A stretch of 64,000 bases of DNA from an uncultured Lachnospiraceae bacterium. Lineage in GTDB: Bacteria; Bacillota; Clostridia; Christensenellales; UBA1242. The notes beneath the pieces are model-generated. The model was given only the letters and a program-made list of their open reading frames with translations. It made no database searches and was not told the origin of the DNA. The translations under genes and the position numbers were made by a program. The stretch's first letter is position 1. Every line of letters begins with the position of its first letter. The stretch is from assembly GCA_964653635.1 (NCBI GenBank), contig CAZZGZ010000002.1:794-64793 (forward strand), read 5' to 3'. This document shows, piece by piece, positions 1 to 9,059 of this stretch.

Positions 1-1
1 G

Positions 2-232
2 AGTTTGCCGATAGTTTTTCTTTCATTACTTATGGAAGTTTTTGAGATTTACACCAACAATATAAGTATATCAATAAATATTCCTGCAACTATCATTTCA
101 TTTTTAGTAGCTATGTTTTTAGGTATAGTAACAATAAAATTTATGATTTCACTTACCGAAAAAATTAAGTTTAGGTGGTTTAGTGTATATCTTACACTCA
201 TTTCAATACTTAGTTTTATTTTAATTTACTAA
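2..232 (+). CDS. C-terminal fragment of a polytopic membrane protein, UppP/BacA-like (undecaprenyl-diphosphatase); 5' end lies outside the window
   Basis: The open frame runs from the window edge to TAA at 230-232. The hydrophobic tail ...ISFLVAMFLGIVTIKFMISLTEKIKFRWFSVYLTLISIL resembles the UppP C-terminus (xFxxGxxxIKFxL...F..Y). Family assignment is from memory only. Confidence 0.45.
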   Translation, partial: SLPIVFLSLLMEVFEIYTNNISISINIPATIISFLVAMFLGIVTIKFMISLTEKIKFRWFSVYLTLISILSFILIY

Positions 233-271
233 ATTTGACATTAAATTGGACGAGCTTTCATAGAATCATAT

Positions 272-2887
272 ATGGAAAATTTATCCAAAATGGACGTAGA
301 AAGTTCACTTAAATATTTAAATTCAACAAGTAGTGGACTTTCTTCTTATGAAGCAAAAAGTAGATTATTACAAATTAACAAGCGCAAAGAAAAAATAAAG
401 AAAAATCACTTTTTAAGTGAATTTTTTAAGCAGTTTGCAGATCTTATGATAATAATTTTACTTATTGCATCGGCGGTTTCTATAATTATAGGATTAATGG
501 AGGGAACTACTAGCGAATTAATTGACGGAGTTTTAATACTATTAATAGTTATACTTAATGCTATAATGGGAGCCATGCAGGAGCGAAAGGCGGAAAAAAG
601 TTTGCTATTATTGAAGAAAATCACAGAACCTACAGCAAAAGTATTTCGAGATGGTGTTCTTAAAACGTTAAATACAAAGTTACTTGTTCGAGGTGATGTA
701 GTACTATTAGAAGCTGGTTCAATTATTCCAGCGGATGTCAGATTAATTGAGAGCGTATGTTTAAAGATAGATGAATCATCGCTCACGGGAGAAAGCGTTC
801 CAGCAAGCAAAGAGGCGAGTTTAGTTTATCATCGTGACGTTGCAAAAAACGATAGGCAAAACATAGCTTATTTAGGGACGATCGTGACAACGGGGCATGG
901 TAAAGGAATAGTTTATGCTACCGCAGATGAAACTGAGATAGGGAAAGTATCAAAAAATATAAAACAATATAAAGCGGAACAAACGCCTCTTCAAAAAAAT
1001 TTAAAAGAAGTTGGAAAAATTTTGACGTACCTTGTATTGTTAATTGCGACTATAACTTTCTTACTTGAGGTTGCCATAGATCCTAGTAATATGATGGAAG
1101 CATTTTTAACTTCTGTTGCTATTGCGGTAGCAGCTATTCCTGAAAGTTTGCCTGCTGTGATTACTATTATTATGAGCATTGGAGTGTCAAGACTTTCACA
1201 AGAGAAAGCCATAGTCAAACGGCTTTCGTCTGTTGAAACTTTAGGATGTTGCGATATTATTGCTAGTGATAAAACTGGTACAATTACTGAAAACAGAATG
1301 AGTGTTGAAATGGTGTATACAGAGAGCAAGTTTTATAATCATGATGTAAAAAATATAAATAACATCGAAATATTATCAAAAATTTGCACTTTTTGTAGTA
1401 ATTTTGAAGAAAATAATAAAAAAATAGAAGGCGATCCAATGGAGGTAGCACTTGTAAATTTCGCCAAAATAAATAATCCAAAAGTTTTGGAGCAAAAAAA
1501 GTCGTCGAAAAAAATAGCCGAAATACCTTTTGATTTTGAAGGTAAATTTATGACTACAACCTACGAAGTGGAAGGTGTAAAGATTGAATTTTTGAAAGGG
1601 GCAAATGAAGAGGTAATAAAAAGATGTGATTTTATTTTAGATGGCAATGTCAGAAGGCTTGATGGGGAAACTGCTACAAAGATTGAAAATGCGGTAAGTA
1701 CTATGGGGAAGGAAGCTATGCGAACTATATCGCTTGCATACAGGACTAATTTTGGTGAGGGTTTTATTTTTGTTGCATCACTTGGCATGCTTGATCCTCC
1801 TCGAAAAGAAGTATTTGAGGCAGTAAAAAAGTGCAAAAAAGCAGGGATGAGACCTATAATGATTACTGGAGATCATAAGGAAACGGCACTTAAAATAGCC
1901 CTGCTTACAGGGATAGCAGAAAGTGATGACCAAATAATGACAGGATTAGAAATAGACAATATGACTGAAAAAGAGCTTTTAAGCAAAGTTGAAAATATCA
2001 ATGTGTTTGCTCGAGTCACTAGCGATCATAAGTCAAGGCTTGTGGAGATATTGAAAAAAAATGGGCATGTTGTTGCCATGACGGGAGATGGTGTTAATGA
2101 TGCACCTAGTTTGAAACGAGCTGATATTGGTATTGGCATGGGTAAAAATGGGAGCGATATTGCTAAAGAAGTTGCTGATGTTATTATAGCTGACGATAAT
2201 TTTGCTACAATAGTTATAGCTGTAAAAGAGGGACGTAAAATTTATAGCAATATACAAAAAACAATCAAGTTTCTATTTTCTGCAAATATGGCAGAAATTA
2301 TGTCGCTATTTTTAGCAACAATCATTTTTCCGCAACTTTCATTTCTATTGCCAGTTCAAATTTTATTTACCAACCTAATAACGGATTGTTTGCCTGCACT
2401 TGCACTGGGTTTTGAAAATTGTGAAGAAGACCAAATGCAGGAAAAACCTCGTGATGTGAAAAGGGGACTATTTTGTAAAGGGACGCTTGTTTCAATCATA
2501 TATCATGGTGTGCTACAGACACTATTTACTCTTGTAAGCTATATTTTAGGATTGAAATTATATGACGAATCCACAGCAATAACAATGGCATTTTACACCT
2601 TAAATTTGATTCAATTTTTCTATTTATTTTCTGCTAGGACCACTGACTATTGTTTCAAATCAAATCCTTTTAAAAATAAGTTTATGACATTAGCATATGT
2701 TTTTTGCTTTGGGTTGATAGGGATACTAGTATTTACTCCATTAGGTTCAATTTTAAAATTATGTGAAATATCTATTTACGCCTGGATAATAATAATTTTT
2801 GAGTGCATTTTAATGTTGATTTTAAGTGAGATGTATAAATTCGTTTCTAAAAAATTAAAAAATAAGTTAAAATTCATTAAAAATTAA
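272..2887 (+). CDS. P-type ATPase, Ca2+-transporting type (P2, YloB/PMCA-like)
   Basis: 871 aa. Motifs seen: actuator LTGES, phosphorylation site ASDKTGTITEN, hinge TGDGVNDAPSLKRADIGIGMG, and multiple TM helices. No SD; a TAGAAT hexamer ends 5 nt before the ATG. Confidence 0.9.
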   Translation: MENLSKMDVESSLKYLNSTSSGLSSYEAKSRLLQINKRKEKIKKNHFLSEFFKQFADLMIIILLIASAVSIIIGLMEGTTSELIDGVLILLIVILNAIMGAMQERKAEKSLLLLKKITEPTAKVFRDGVLKTLNTKLLVRGDVVLLEAGSIIPADVRLIESVCLKIDESSLTGESVPASKEASLVYHRDVAKNDRQNIAYLGTIVTTGHGKGIVYATADETEIGKVSKNIKQYKAEQTPLQKNLKEVGKILTYLVLLIATITFLLEVAIDPSNMMEAFLTSVAIAVAAIPESLPAVITIIMSIGVSRLSQEKAIVKRLSSVETLGCCDIIASDKTGTITENRMSVEMVYTESKFYNHDVKNINNIEILSKICTFCSNFEENNKKIEGDPMEVALVNFAKINNPKVLEQKKSSKKIAEIPFDFEGKFMTTTYEVEGVKIEFLKGANEEVIKRCDFILDGNVRRLDGETATKIENAVSTMGKEAMRTISLAYRTNFGEGFIFVASLGMLDPPRKEVFEAVKKCKKAGMRPIMITGDHKETALKIALLTGIAESDDQIMTGLEIDNMTEKELLSKVENINVFARVTSDHKSRLVEILKKNGHVVAMTGDGVNDAPSLKRADIGIGMGKNGSDIAKEVADVIIADDNFATIVIAVKEGRKIYSNIQKTIKFLFSANMAEIMSLFLATIIFPQLSFLLPVQILFTNLITDCLPALALGFENCEEDQMQEKPRDVKRGLFCKGTLVSIIYHGVLQTLFTLVSYILGLKLYDESTAITMAFYTLNLIQFFYLFSARTTDYCFKSNPFKNKFMTLAYVFCFGLIGILVFTPLGSILKLCEISIYAWIIIIFECILMLILSEMYKFVSKKLKNKLKFIKN

Positions 2888-2891
2888 TAAA

Positions 2892-2917
2892 AATAACCAA
2901 TAATGGGTTATTTTTTA
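2892..2917 (+). terminator. Rho-independent terminator after the ATPase gene
   Basis: Hairpin AATAACC(2892-2898)/GGTTATT(2906-2912) followed by a T-run. Confidence 0.6.
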
Positions 2918-2995
2918 TTTATTTTAAATATTTTTTGAAAAACATTTGTTAAAAACAAATTGTAACGTTTTGGTTATTTGTAAAAATAAAAATAC

Positions 2996-3024
2996 TTGCA
3001 TTTTGTGTGCGGATGAGATATAAT
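2996..3024 (+). promoter_or_regulatory. Sigma-A-type promoter of the holB operon; -10 ends 6 nt before the ATG (leaderless candidate)
   Basis: TTGCAT(2996-3001), 17-nt spacer, TATAAT(3019-3024), then ATACCT and ATG at 3031. Confidence 0.6.
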
Positions 3025-3030
3025 ATACCT

Positions 3031-3972
3031 ATGTTAAATGATATAATAAAAAGGTCAGAACTTTTTCATACTCTGCAAGAGCAAGTGTTATCAAAAAAGC
3101 TTTCAAATGTATTACTATTTCGATGTGAGGATGAAATTCTTTTATCAGGGTATTTGAAACTTTTATGTCAACTATTATTATGTGATAAATTTTGTGGACA
3201 ATGTAGCATATGCAAACAAATAGAAGCAGGAACTTATTTAGATGTGCATATCTATCCTAAAACAAATGCTAAACTTAAAGTAGATGATAGTGAAAAAATA
3301 GTTGAGGAAAGTTTTGTAAAGCCAATCGAAGGTGCATATAAAATATTTTTAATTAATCTAGATGATGCAACAGAAGAGGCACAAAATAAACTTTTAAAGA
3401 TTTTAGAGGAAGCACCGATTAGTAACTATTATTTTTTAACTACTTCAAGCGAAGAAAGTGTACTTCCTACTATAAGATCCCGTGCAAACAAAATTACAAT
3501 TCCATCCATAACCGATGATGAACAATTCATAAATGAAACAGAAAACATAGCATTTAAACTTGCAGGTGGCAATTATAGTAAAATGAATAAATATTTGGCA
3601 TTAAAGGATTTTGAAAAGATCTTAAATATAAGTGTTTCTGTTTTTTCACAGATGAAAAATTCAAAGCAATTACCGGATTTTTATCATGAGATAACAAGTT
3701 CTAAAGTTGAATTTTCTATATATTTAGAAATTTTTGCTCAAATTGTTCAAGATTTATTAAATATTAAATCCAATAACGAGAAATATTTAAAATTACCCAC
3801 TTTTGTGCAGGATTTGAAGAATTGCATAAATGATTATTCATATAGGGCTTTAATTGAAATTAGTAAAGATATAATTTTATCAAACAAAAAATTAAAATTT
3901 AATGCTAATGTGAATTTAGTTATAGAAAATTTCTTATTAAATATTCTGGAGAGTAAATATATATGGAAATAG
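3031..3972 (+). CDS. holB: DNA polymerase III delta' subunit (clamp-loader AAA+)
   Basis: Zinc module CDKFCGQCSICKQIEAGTYLDVH, a TIRSRA (SRC-like) motif, and a position upstream of ricT as in Bacillus. I prefer the start at ATG 3031 (MLNDIIKR) over the GTG at 3007 in the ORF track. Confidence 0.75.
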   Translation: MLNDIIKRSELFHTLQEQVLSKKLSNVLLFRCEDEILLSGYLKLLCQLLLCDKFCGQCSICKQIEAGTYLDVHIYPKTNAKLKVDDSEKIVEESFVKPIEGAYKIFLINLDDATEEAQNKLLKILEEAPISNYYFLTTSSEESVLPTIRSRANKITIPSITDDEQFINETENIAFKLAGGNYSKMNKYLALKDFEKILNISVSVFSQMKNSKQLPDFYHEITSSKVEFSIYLEIFAQIVQDLLNIKSNNEKYLKLPTFVQDLKNCINDYSYRALIEISKDIILSNKKLKFNANVNLVIENFLLNILESKYIWK

Positions 3973-4781
3973 AAACTGTAAAAGTTAAATTTAGTGATAA
4001 TAATACACTATACGATTTTTCACCTAATGGTCTACAAATAAAAAAAGGTGATTATGTGGTTATTGATACAGAAAAAGGGAAAGAAATCGGCGAGGTTTTT
4101 TCGGAAATCGAAAAAACAGAGTATTCACACATACCAGGCAGACTGATAAATATTTTACGAATTGCGACAAAAAGTGATTTAGCTGATGCTAAAAAATATA
4201 GCGAGCAGGCAAATCTTTTAAAACCTGCAATACAAAGAGTAGTTCAAGAAAAAAATCTTGATATGAAGATTATAAAGGTTGACGCCAACTTGGATAATTC
4301 AAAACTTCTTATCATATTCTCATCTGAAGAAAGGGTGGATTTTAGGGAGCTTGTGAAAGAACTTGCAAGTTTATATAAGAAGAAAATTGAGTTGCGTCAA
4401 ATTGGGGCTCGTGATGAAGTAAGGATTTTGGGAGGTTATGGTGTTTGTGGCAAGGAGTGTTGCTGTTGTCAAAATTTTGGGCAGTTGGCTCATGTGTCAA
4501 TAAAGATGGCGAAAACTCAAAATCTCTCTTTAAGTCCTGAAAATATTAGAGGTGTTTGCGGAAAATTATTATGCTGTTTGTCGTATGAAAACGAAGTCTA
4601 TACTGAATTGCTAGAACGGATGCCAAAGATAAACTCATTTGTGCAAACAAAAGAAGGTAGAGGGAAAGTGATTTACAATGATGTGTTAGCAGAAAAAGTA
4701 TCTGTTAAATTTGAAGATGAGACGGGTTCTAAGATTTTAGATTTTAAACTTAGTGATATTGTTATTGATGGGAATAAGTAA
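3963..4781 (+). CDS. ricT: PSP1-domain protein RicT/YaaT (stage 0 sporulation / RNase Y regulator complex)
   Basis: 272 aa with the Cys cluster GVCGKECCCCQNF ... GVCGKLLCCLSYE typical of YaaT/PSP1. Synteny holB-yaaT. Overlaps the holB stop. Confidence 0.85.
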   Translation: MEIETVKVKFSDNNTLYDFSPNGLQIKKGDYVVIDTEKGKEIGEVFSEIEKTEYSHIPGRLINILRIATKSDLADAKKYSEQANLLKPAIQRVVQEKNLDMKIIKVDANLDNSKLLIIFSSEERVDFRELVKELASLYKKKIELRQIGARDEVRILGGYGVCGKECCCCQNFGQLAHVSIKMAKTQNLSLSPENIRGVCGKLLCCLSYENEVYTELLERMPKINSFVQTKEGRGKVIYNDVLAEKVSVKFEDETGSKILDFKLSDIVIDGNK

Positions 4782-5494
4782 TGGAATATATTTGTGATTT
4801 GATGTGCGATGGGTTAAAACTTATACAAGATGACGAACTATATTCCTTTACATCTGATTCTGTTATACTTGCTAATTTTTTAAAAATAAAAAAAGGAGAG
4901 AAAGCAGTAGAGATTGGTGCGGGAAGTGGTGTCGTATCACTTCTGGCTCTTGCTAAAAATAAGGACCTTGCTAAGATTTATGCGTTTGAAATGCAAGAAA
5001 AACTTGCAAAAATATGCGCTAAAAATGTTTTTTTTAATAAAAAAAGTGAAAAAATACATGTTTTGTGCCAAAAAATTCAAAATTATGAGAAAGTTTTAAA
5101 AAAACATAGTGTGGATGTAGTATTTTCAAATCCGCCTTACTTTAAAGATGATGGACTTGTTTCTCCAAATGAAATCAAGGATATTGCAAGAAGAGATAAG
5201 TATTTAAAAGTAGACGAGCTTGCACAAGTAACAAGTGATCTACTAAAATCCCGAGGAAGATTTTATTGTGTATACTCTAGTGAAAGAAGTTTAGAACTCA
5301 TTGCAGAACTAAAAAAACATAACTTGATTGTAAAGAAAATGTTTTTCACTGAAAACGGGAAGGGGAAGGTGACGTTGGTAGTCATTGAAGCTGTAAAGGA
5401 TGCAAAAGATGGAGTAAAAGTTTTGCCTAATCTTATAACAAACCTTCCTGATGGGAAATTTGTTGAAGAGCTTACAACACGGAAATTTTTATAA
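4781..5494 (+). CDS. SAM-dependent methyltransferase, tRNA (adenine-N6) YabB/TrmN6-like
   Basis: SAM-binding motif VEIGAGSGVVSL, catalytic FSNPPYF, N-terminal LIQDDELYSFTSDSVILANF. ATG overlaps the ricT stop (TAATG). Confidence 0.75.
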   Translation: MEYICDLMCDGLKLIQDDELYSFTSDSVILANFLKIKKGEKAVEIGAGSGVVSLLALAKNKDLAKIYAFEMQEKLAKICAKNVFFNKKSEKIHVLCQKIQNYEKVLKKHSVDVVFSNPPYFKDDGLVSPNEIKDIARRDKYLKVDELAQVTSDLLKSRGRFYCVYSSERSLELIAELKKHNLIVKKMFFTENGKGKVTLVVIEAVKDAKDGVKVLPNLITNLPDGKFVEELTTRKFL

Positions 5495-5503
5495 GGAGCT
5501 TTT

Positions 5504-7519
5504 ATGGATGAAAAAGAACTAATAATTGAAGAAAAATATTTAAAAAAAGTTCAAAAAATAATAAAAAACTATATTTTAATTTCTAAAAATACATGTGCTG
5601 AATTAAATAACGAGCTTGATAAATATAAAAAATATTATCAAGAGAATGTCCGTGCTTTTTTAATAAACATTGATGAGAAATCTGATTTAGAAACCAATCT
5701 TCAAAACATTCATTCCATGCAAAGTATGATGACACGTAGAAATAAACGTTTTTTAAGACAGTATAAAAAACCATATTTTGCAAGGTTATCAGTTTCTAAT
5801 ATGACTTCAAGCTTAGGGGACTGGAATGATGAAAAAGGATTTGACGCATATATAGGTATGGGAGAAGTGCTTGATGATCAAGGGTTTCCAGTGGTAGTTG
5901 ACTGGCGATCGGATATTGCTACACTATATTATGATAACGATTGTGGGGATGCACAGTACACCACTCAATTTGAGACTGTTTTTTGTAAGTTAAATCAGAA
6001 AAGACAATATCAGTTTGAGAATGGTAAATTGATTTTATATGTGGATAGTGATTTTAACGTAAATGATGAGATACTCCAAATGGAGTTATCTAAAAATGCT
6101 TCCACAAAGATGAAATCAATTATTTCAACTTTACAGAAAGAACAAAATATGATAATTCGTAATAATTTTGCTCGTGGGCTTTTAGTACAAGGTGTTGCAG
6201 GTAGCGGGAAAACTTCAATTGCTTTGCATAAAATAGCCTATATGTTGTATACATTTAGAGATAAGTTGGAAAGCAAAGATATTTTGATTATGTCACCAAG
6301 TGATTATTTTTCAAATTATATAAGTGGAGTTTTGCCTGATCTTGATGAAGATAATTGTAAGATGACGACTTTTGAACATATATTCAGATCTATGTCCAAT
6401 GAAAGATTTATAGATAGAGCTACTTATCTTGAGGATTTATTTGAAAAGGGTGATCCAATAAAGTTTGAGGAAATTGCAATTAAGAGCAGTTTTGATTTCA
6501 AGGATAAAGTGTTGACATTTATTTCAAAAAAGCTTCCAACGTATTTTAAACCTAAAAACATAAGAATAGGTAAATTCCAAATTTTGGCAAGTGAAATTTA
6601 TACCTTGTTTTTTGAAAAATTAAAAGATGCAAAAATATATGATCGCATTGATGTTATGGCGGACTTGTTTTGTGAGCGTCTAACAAAAAGCAAAAAGCTT
6701 AAAGATGAAATTAAAGAAAAGTTTAAGAATATCTTATATGGTATGCTTTCCATGGATCGTCCGATTAAAATTTATAACGATTTTTTGCAAAGTTGTAACA
6801 TGCCACAAGTTGAATGCCTGAGTTATCTTGATCTTCCTGCTTATCTTTTAATTAAGCAAAATCTTTTAAAAACTTCTTTTTATTATGGTGCAAAATATTT
6901 GATAGTTGACGAAATTCAAGATTTATCTCCTTTGCATTTTGAATTTTTTGAACAAAATATGGATTGTCAAAAACTTTATTTAGGAGATATTAATCAATGT
7001 ATTGAAAAAACTCTTGATAGTTCATATCTTCAAGATATGCAAAAAACTTATAATTTGGATATTGTACAATTAACTAAAACCTATCGCTCTACAAGGCAAA
7101 TATTTGAAATGTCACTTAAAATTAAAGATATAAAAAACGCAAATTGTGTGGCTAGGGATGGTGAAGAAGTAGAGATTGTCAAGGGCGGCCTTGAAGAAAT
7201 AGAAAACTATGTAAAAAAATATTCCGCAATATTTGAGCATATAGCAGTTTTATGCAAGAATGAAAGTGAAGCTAGTGATATATTAGAAAAAATTAAAAAT
7301 CCTAAATGTACTTCAATGATAAAAGATAAGAAACTTCTTATTCTTGCAGGTTACAATGCCAAAGGGGTGGAGTTTGATATGGTCATAATACCAAATTGTG
7401 ACGATACGAGATATAAAAGCGAAATTGATAGAAATTTATTGTATGTATCATGTACAAGAGCCTTGCATAAACTTTGCATAATATACTCTGAAAAATTGAC
7501 TAAGCTTATTTCTTTATGA
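5504..7519 (+). CDS. helD: UvrD-like superfamily-1 helicase, HelD-like (RNA polymerase recycling ATPase)
   Basis: Walker A GVAGSGKTSIALHK, motif II VDEIQD, C-terminal GVEFDMVII...LLYVSCTRALHKL, and an N-terminal coiled-coil arm. Confidence 0.65.
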   Translation: MDEKELIIEEKYLKKVQKIIKNYILISKNTCAELNNELDKYKKYYQENVRAFLINIDEKSDLETNLQNIHSMQSMMTRRNKRFLRQYKKPYFARLSVSNMTSSLGDWNDEKGFDAYIGMGEVLDDQGFPVVVDWRSDIATLYYDNDCGDAQYTTQFETVFCKLNQKRQYQFENGKLILYVDSDFNVNDEILQMELSKNASTKMKSIISTLQKEQNMIIRNNFARGLLVQGVAGSGKTSIALHKIAYMLYTFRDKLESKDILIMSPSDYFSNYISGVLPDLDEDNCKMTTFEHIFRSMSNERFIDRATYLEDLFEKGDPIKFEEIAIKSSFDFKDKVLTFISKKLPTYFKPKNIRIGKFQILASEIYTLFFEKLKDAKIYDRIDVMADLFCERLTKSKKLKDEIKEKFKNILYGMLSMDRPIKIYNDFLQSCNMPQVECLSYLDLPAYLLIKQNLLKTSFYYGAKYLIVDEIQDLSPLHFEFFEQNMDCQKLYLGDINQCIEKTLDSSYLQDMQKTYNLDIVQLTKTYRSTRQIFEMSLKIKDIKNANCVARDGEEVEIVKGGLEEIENYVKKYSAIFEHIAVLCKNESEASDILEKIKNPKCTSMIKDKKLLILAGYNAKGVEFDMVIIPNCDDTRYKSEIDRNLLYVSCTRALHKLCIIYSEKLTKLISL

Positions 7520-7571
7520 CAAAGTGCAAAAAAGTTAGGTATGCGCTCCTTTAAAAATAAGCTTTTGGGAC

Positions 7572-7614
7572 TTATCCACATTAAAAATGTGGAAATGTGG
7601 ATAACTTATCCACA
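7572..7614. promoter_or_regulatory. Cluster of three perfect DnaA-box 9-mers (TTATCCACA / TGTGGATAA) plus one 2-mismatch box
   Basis: TTATCCACA at 7572-7580 and 7606-7614. Its reverse complement TGTGGATAA is at 7596-7604. TGTGGAAAT is at 7588-7596. Confidence 0.5.
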
Positions 7615-7621
7615 TTTTTTT
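7595..7621 (+). terminator. Rho-independent terminator of helD
   Basis: ATGTGGA(7595-7601)/TCCACAT(7609-7615) followed by T7. An upstream hairpin TCCACAT(7575-7581)/ATGTGGA(7587-7593) is also present. Confidence 0.7.
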
Positions 7622-7685
7622 ATAAAATCTTATACTTCAACGTTAAAAAACTATAGCTTTTAGAGTTGGCAACTTCAAAATCTAC

Positions 7686-7714
7686 TTGACTTGATTTACT
7701 AAATCATATATAAT
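7686..7714 (+). promoter_or_regulatory. Sigma-A-type promoter of hisS-metG (leadered)
   Basis: TTGACT(7686-7691), 17-nt spacer, TATAAT(7709-7714). A 34-nt leader carries the SD AAAGGA before ATG 7749. Confidence 0.6.
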
Positions 7715-7748
7715 TAGTTGTAAAAATATATTGCTTAAAAGGAAATGT

Positions 7749-9059
7749 ATGAAAATAATTGAGCCAAGGAAACTTGCAGGTTTTTTTGAGTTATTACCCA
7801 AAGAACAAATTATCTTTGAAGAAATGCAAGCTAAGATTAGAGAAATTTTCTATAAACATTCTTTTGTCCCACAGGATACACCCATTCTTGAACTAAGTGA
7901 GATACTCCTTGCAAAAAGCGGAGGAGAAAGCGATAAAGAGATTTATCGTTTTACCAAAGGGACTACTGATATAGCTATGCGTTATGACTTGACTGTACCT
8001 ACTGCACGATATGTGGCAATGTATAATGACGAACTTACTTTCCCGTACAGAAGGTTTCAAATAGGGAAAGTTTTTCGAGCAGAAAAGGCACAGCATCTTC
8101 GTTTTAGAGAGTTTTATCAGTGTGATGCTGATATAATTGGTAGAGATGAATTACCATTGCAAGCTGATGCTGAATGTATAAAGTTAGTAGACGAAATATT
8201 TACTGCATTAAAAATTGATGAAATAATAGAAATATCAAATAGAAAACTCTTGTTTGGAATTTTACAAGGTATGGGGTTAGCAGATAAGTCAAATGAAATT
8301 TTGATAGCACTTGATAAGAAAGATAAGATAGGATTAAAAAATCTTAAAGATATTTTAGTTAAAATAGGCGTAAGTGAAACAGATATTCAAACGCTATTTG
8401 TTGCAGTTTCAATAGAAGGGCAATATGAGGATGTGAAGAATGAACTTTCCAAATTGTCACAAAATGCAGAGTTTTTAAAAGGTATTCAAGAGCTTGATGA
8501 GCTTTTTGCAACACTTTTAGCTTTAAACATACCACGAAGTGCCTATAAGCTGAAGCTTTCGGTTATTCGTGGTCAGAACTATTATACTGGGACAATTTTT
8601 GAAACACGAGTCAAAGGGAAGGAGAATTTTTCTGTTGTATGTGCTGGTGGAAGATATGATAACCTCACGTCCTATTTTTCGGATAAGGTATTTCCAGGAG
8701 TTGGCATGAGTGTTGGATTAACACGACTGTTTGCACTATTACAGAGTGAAAATATGCTGACTGAATATAAAGAAATGAATAAGGTTTTAATCATACCTTT
8801 AGGCGAGTATAAGATTGAATGTATGAAAGTTATGCAGACCTTACGGGAAGCTAATGTGCAATGTATAACAATGTATGAAAATCGCTCTTTTAAAGCAAAG
8901 ATGAAAGAGGCAAACAAGCAAAAAGCGAGATATGTTATCATAATTGGTGAAAATGAAGTAAAAAGTCAAAAATATGTTTTAAAGGACATGCAAAATTCAA
9001 CACAAGAGTATTTGTCACTTTCTGAGATTATTCAATATTTACACAAGGAGAAAAAATGA
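7749..9059 (+). CDS. hisS: Histidine--tRNA ligase
   Basis: Class II motifs: MRYDLTVPTARYVA, FRAEKAQHLRFREFYQCDADIIG, GGRYDNL, and a C-terminal anticodon-binding domain. Start chosen at ATG 7749 behind the SD. Confidence 0.9.
   Translation: MKIIEPRKLAGFFELLPKEQIIFEEMQAKIREIFYKHSFVPQDTPILELSEILLAKSGGESDKEIYRFTKGTTDIAMRYDLTVPTARYVAMYNDELTFPYRRFQIGKVFRAEKAQHLRFREFYQCDADIIGRDELPLQADAECIKLVDEIFTALKIDEIIEISNRKLLFGILQGMGLADKSNEILIALDKKDKIGLKNLKDILVKIGVSETDIQTLFVAVSIEGQYEDVKNELSKLSQNAEFLKGIQELDELFATLLALNIPRSAYKLKLSVIRGQNYYTGTIFETRVKGKENFSVVCAGGRYDNLTSYFSDKVFPGVGMSVGLTRLFALLQSENMLTEYKEMNKVLIIPLGEYKIECMKVMQTLREANVQCITMYENRSFKAKMKEANKQKARYVIIIGENEVKSQKYVLKDMQNSTQEYLSLSEIIQYLHKEKK

Noticed and set aside
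406-810. Antisense and overlapping ORFs inside long genes. Examples: 406-810, 991-1329, 11363-11695, 23243-23617, 27743-28168, 35260-35706, 39235-39472, 49868-50230, 52108-52659, 59657-60187, 62834-63073 and 63660-63884
   Set aside because: Each lies entirely within a longer ORF that has clear family motifs on the other strand or in another frame. They lack SDs and promoters, have low-complexity or skewed composition, and are typical shadow ORFs.
7560-7625. Replication origin (oriC), because of the perfect DnaA boxes
   Set aside because: There is no dnaA or dnaN nearby. There are only three or four boxes, all within terminator hairpins. No adjacent AT-rich unwinding element with 13-mer-like repeats is present. 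Gene orientation does not switch here.
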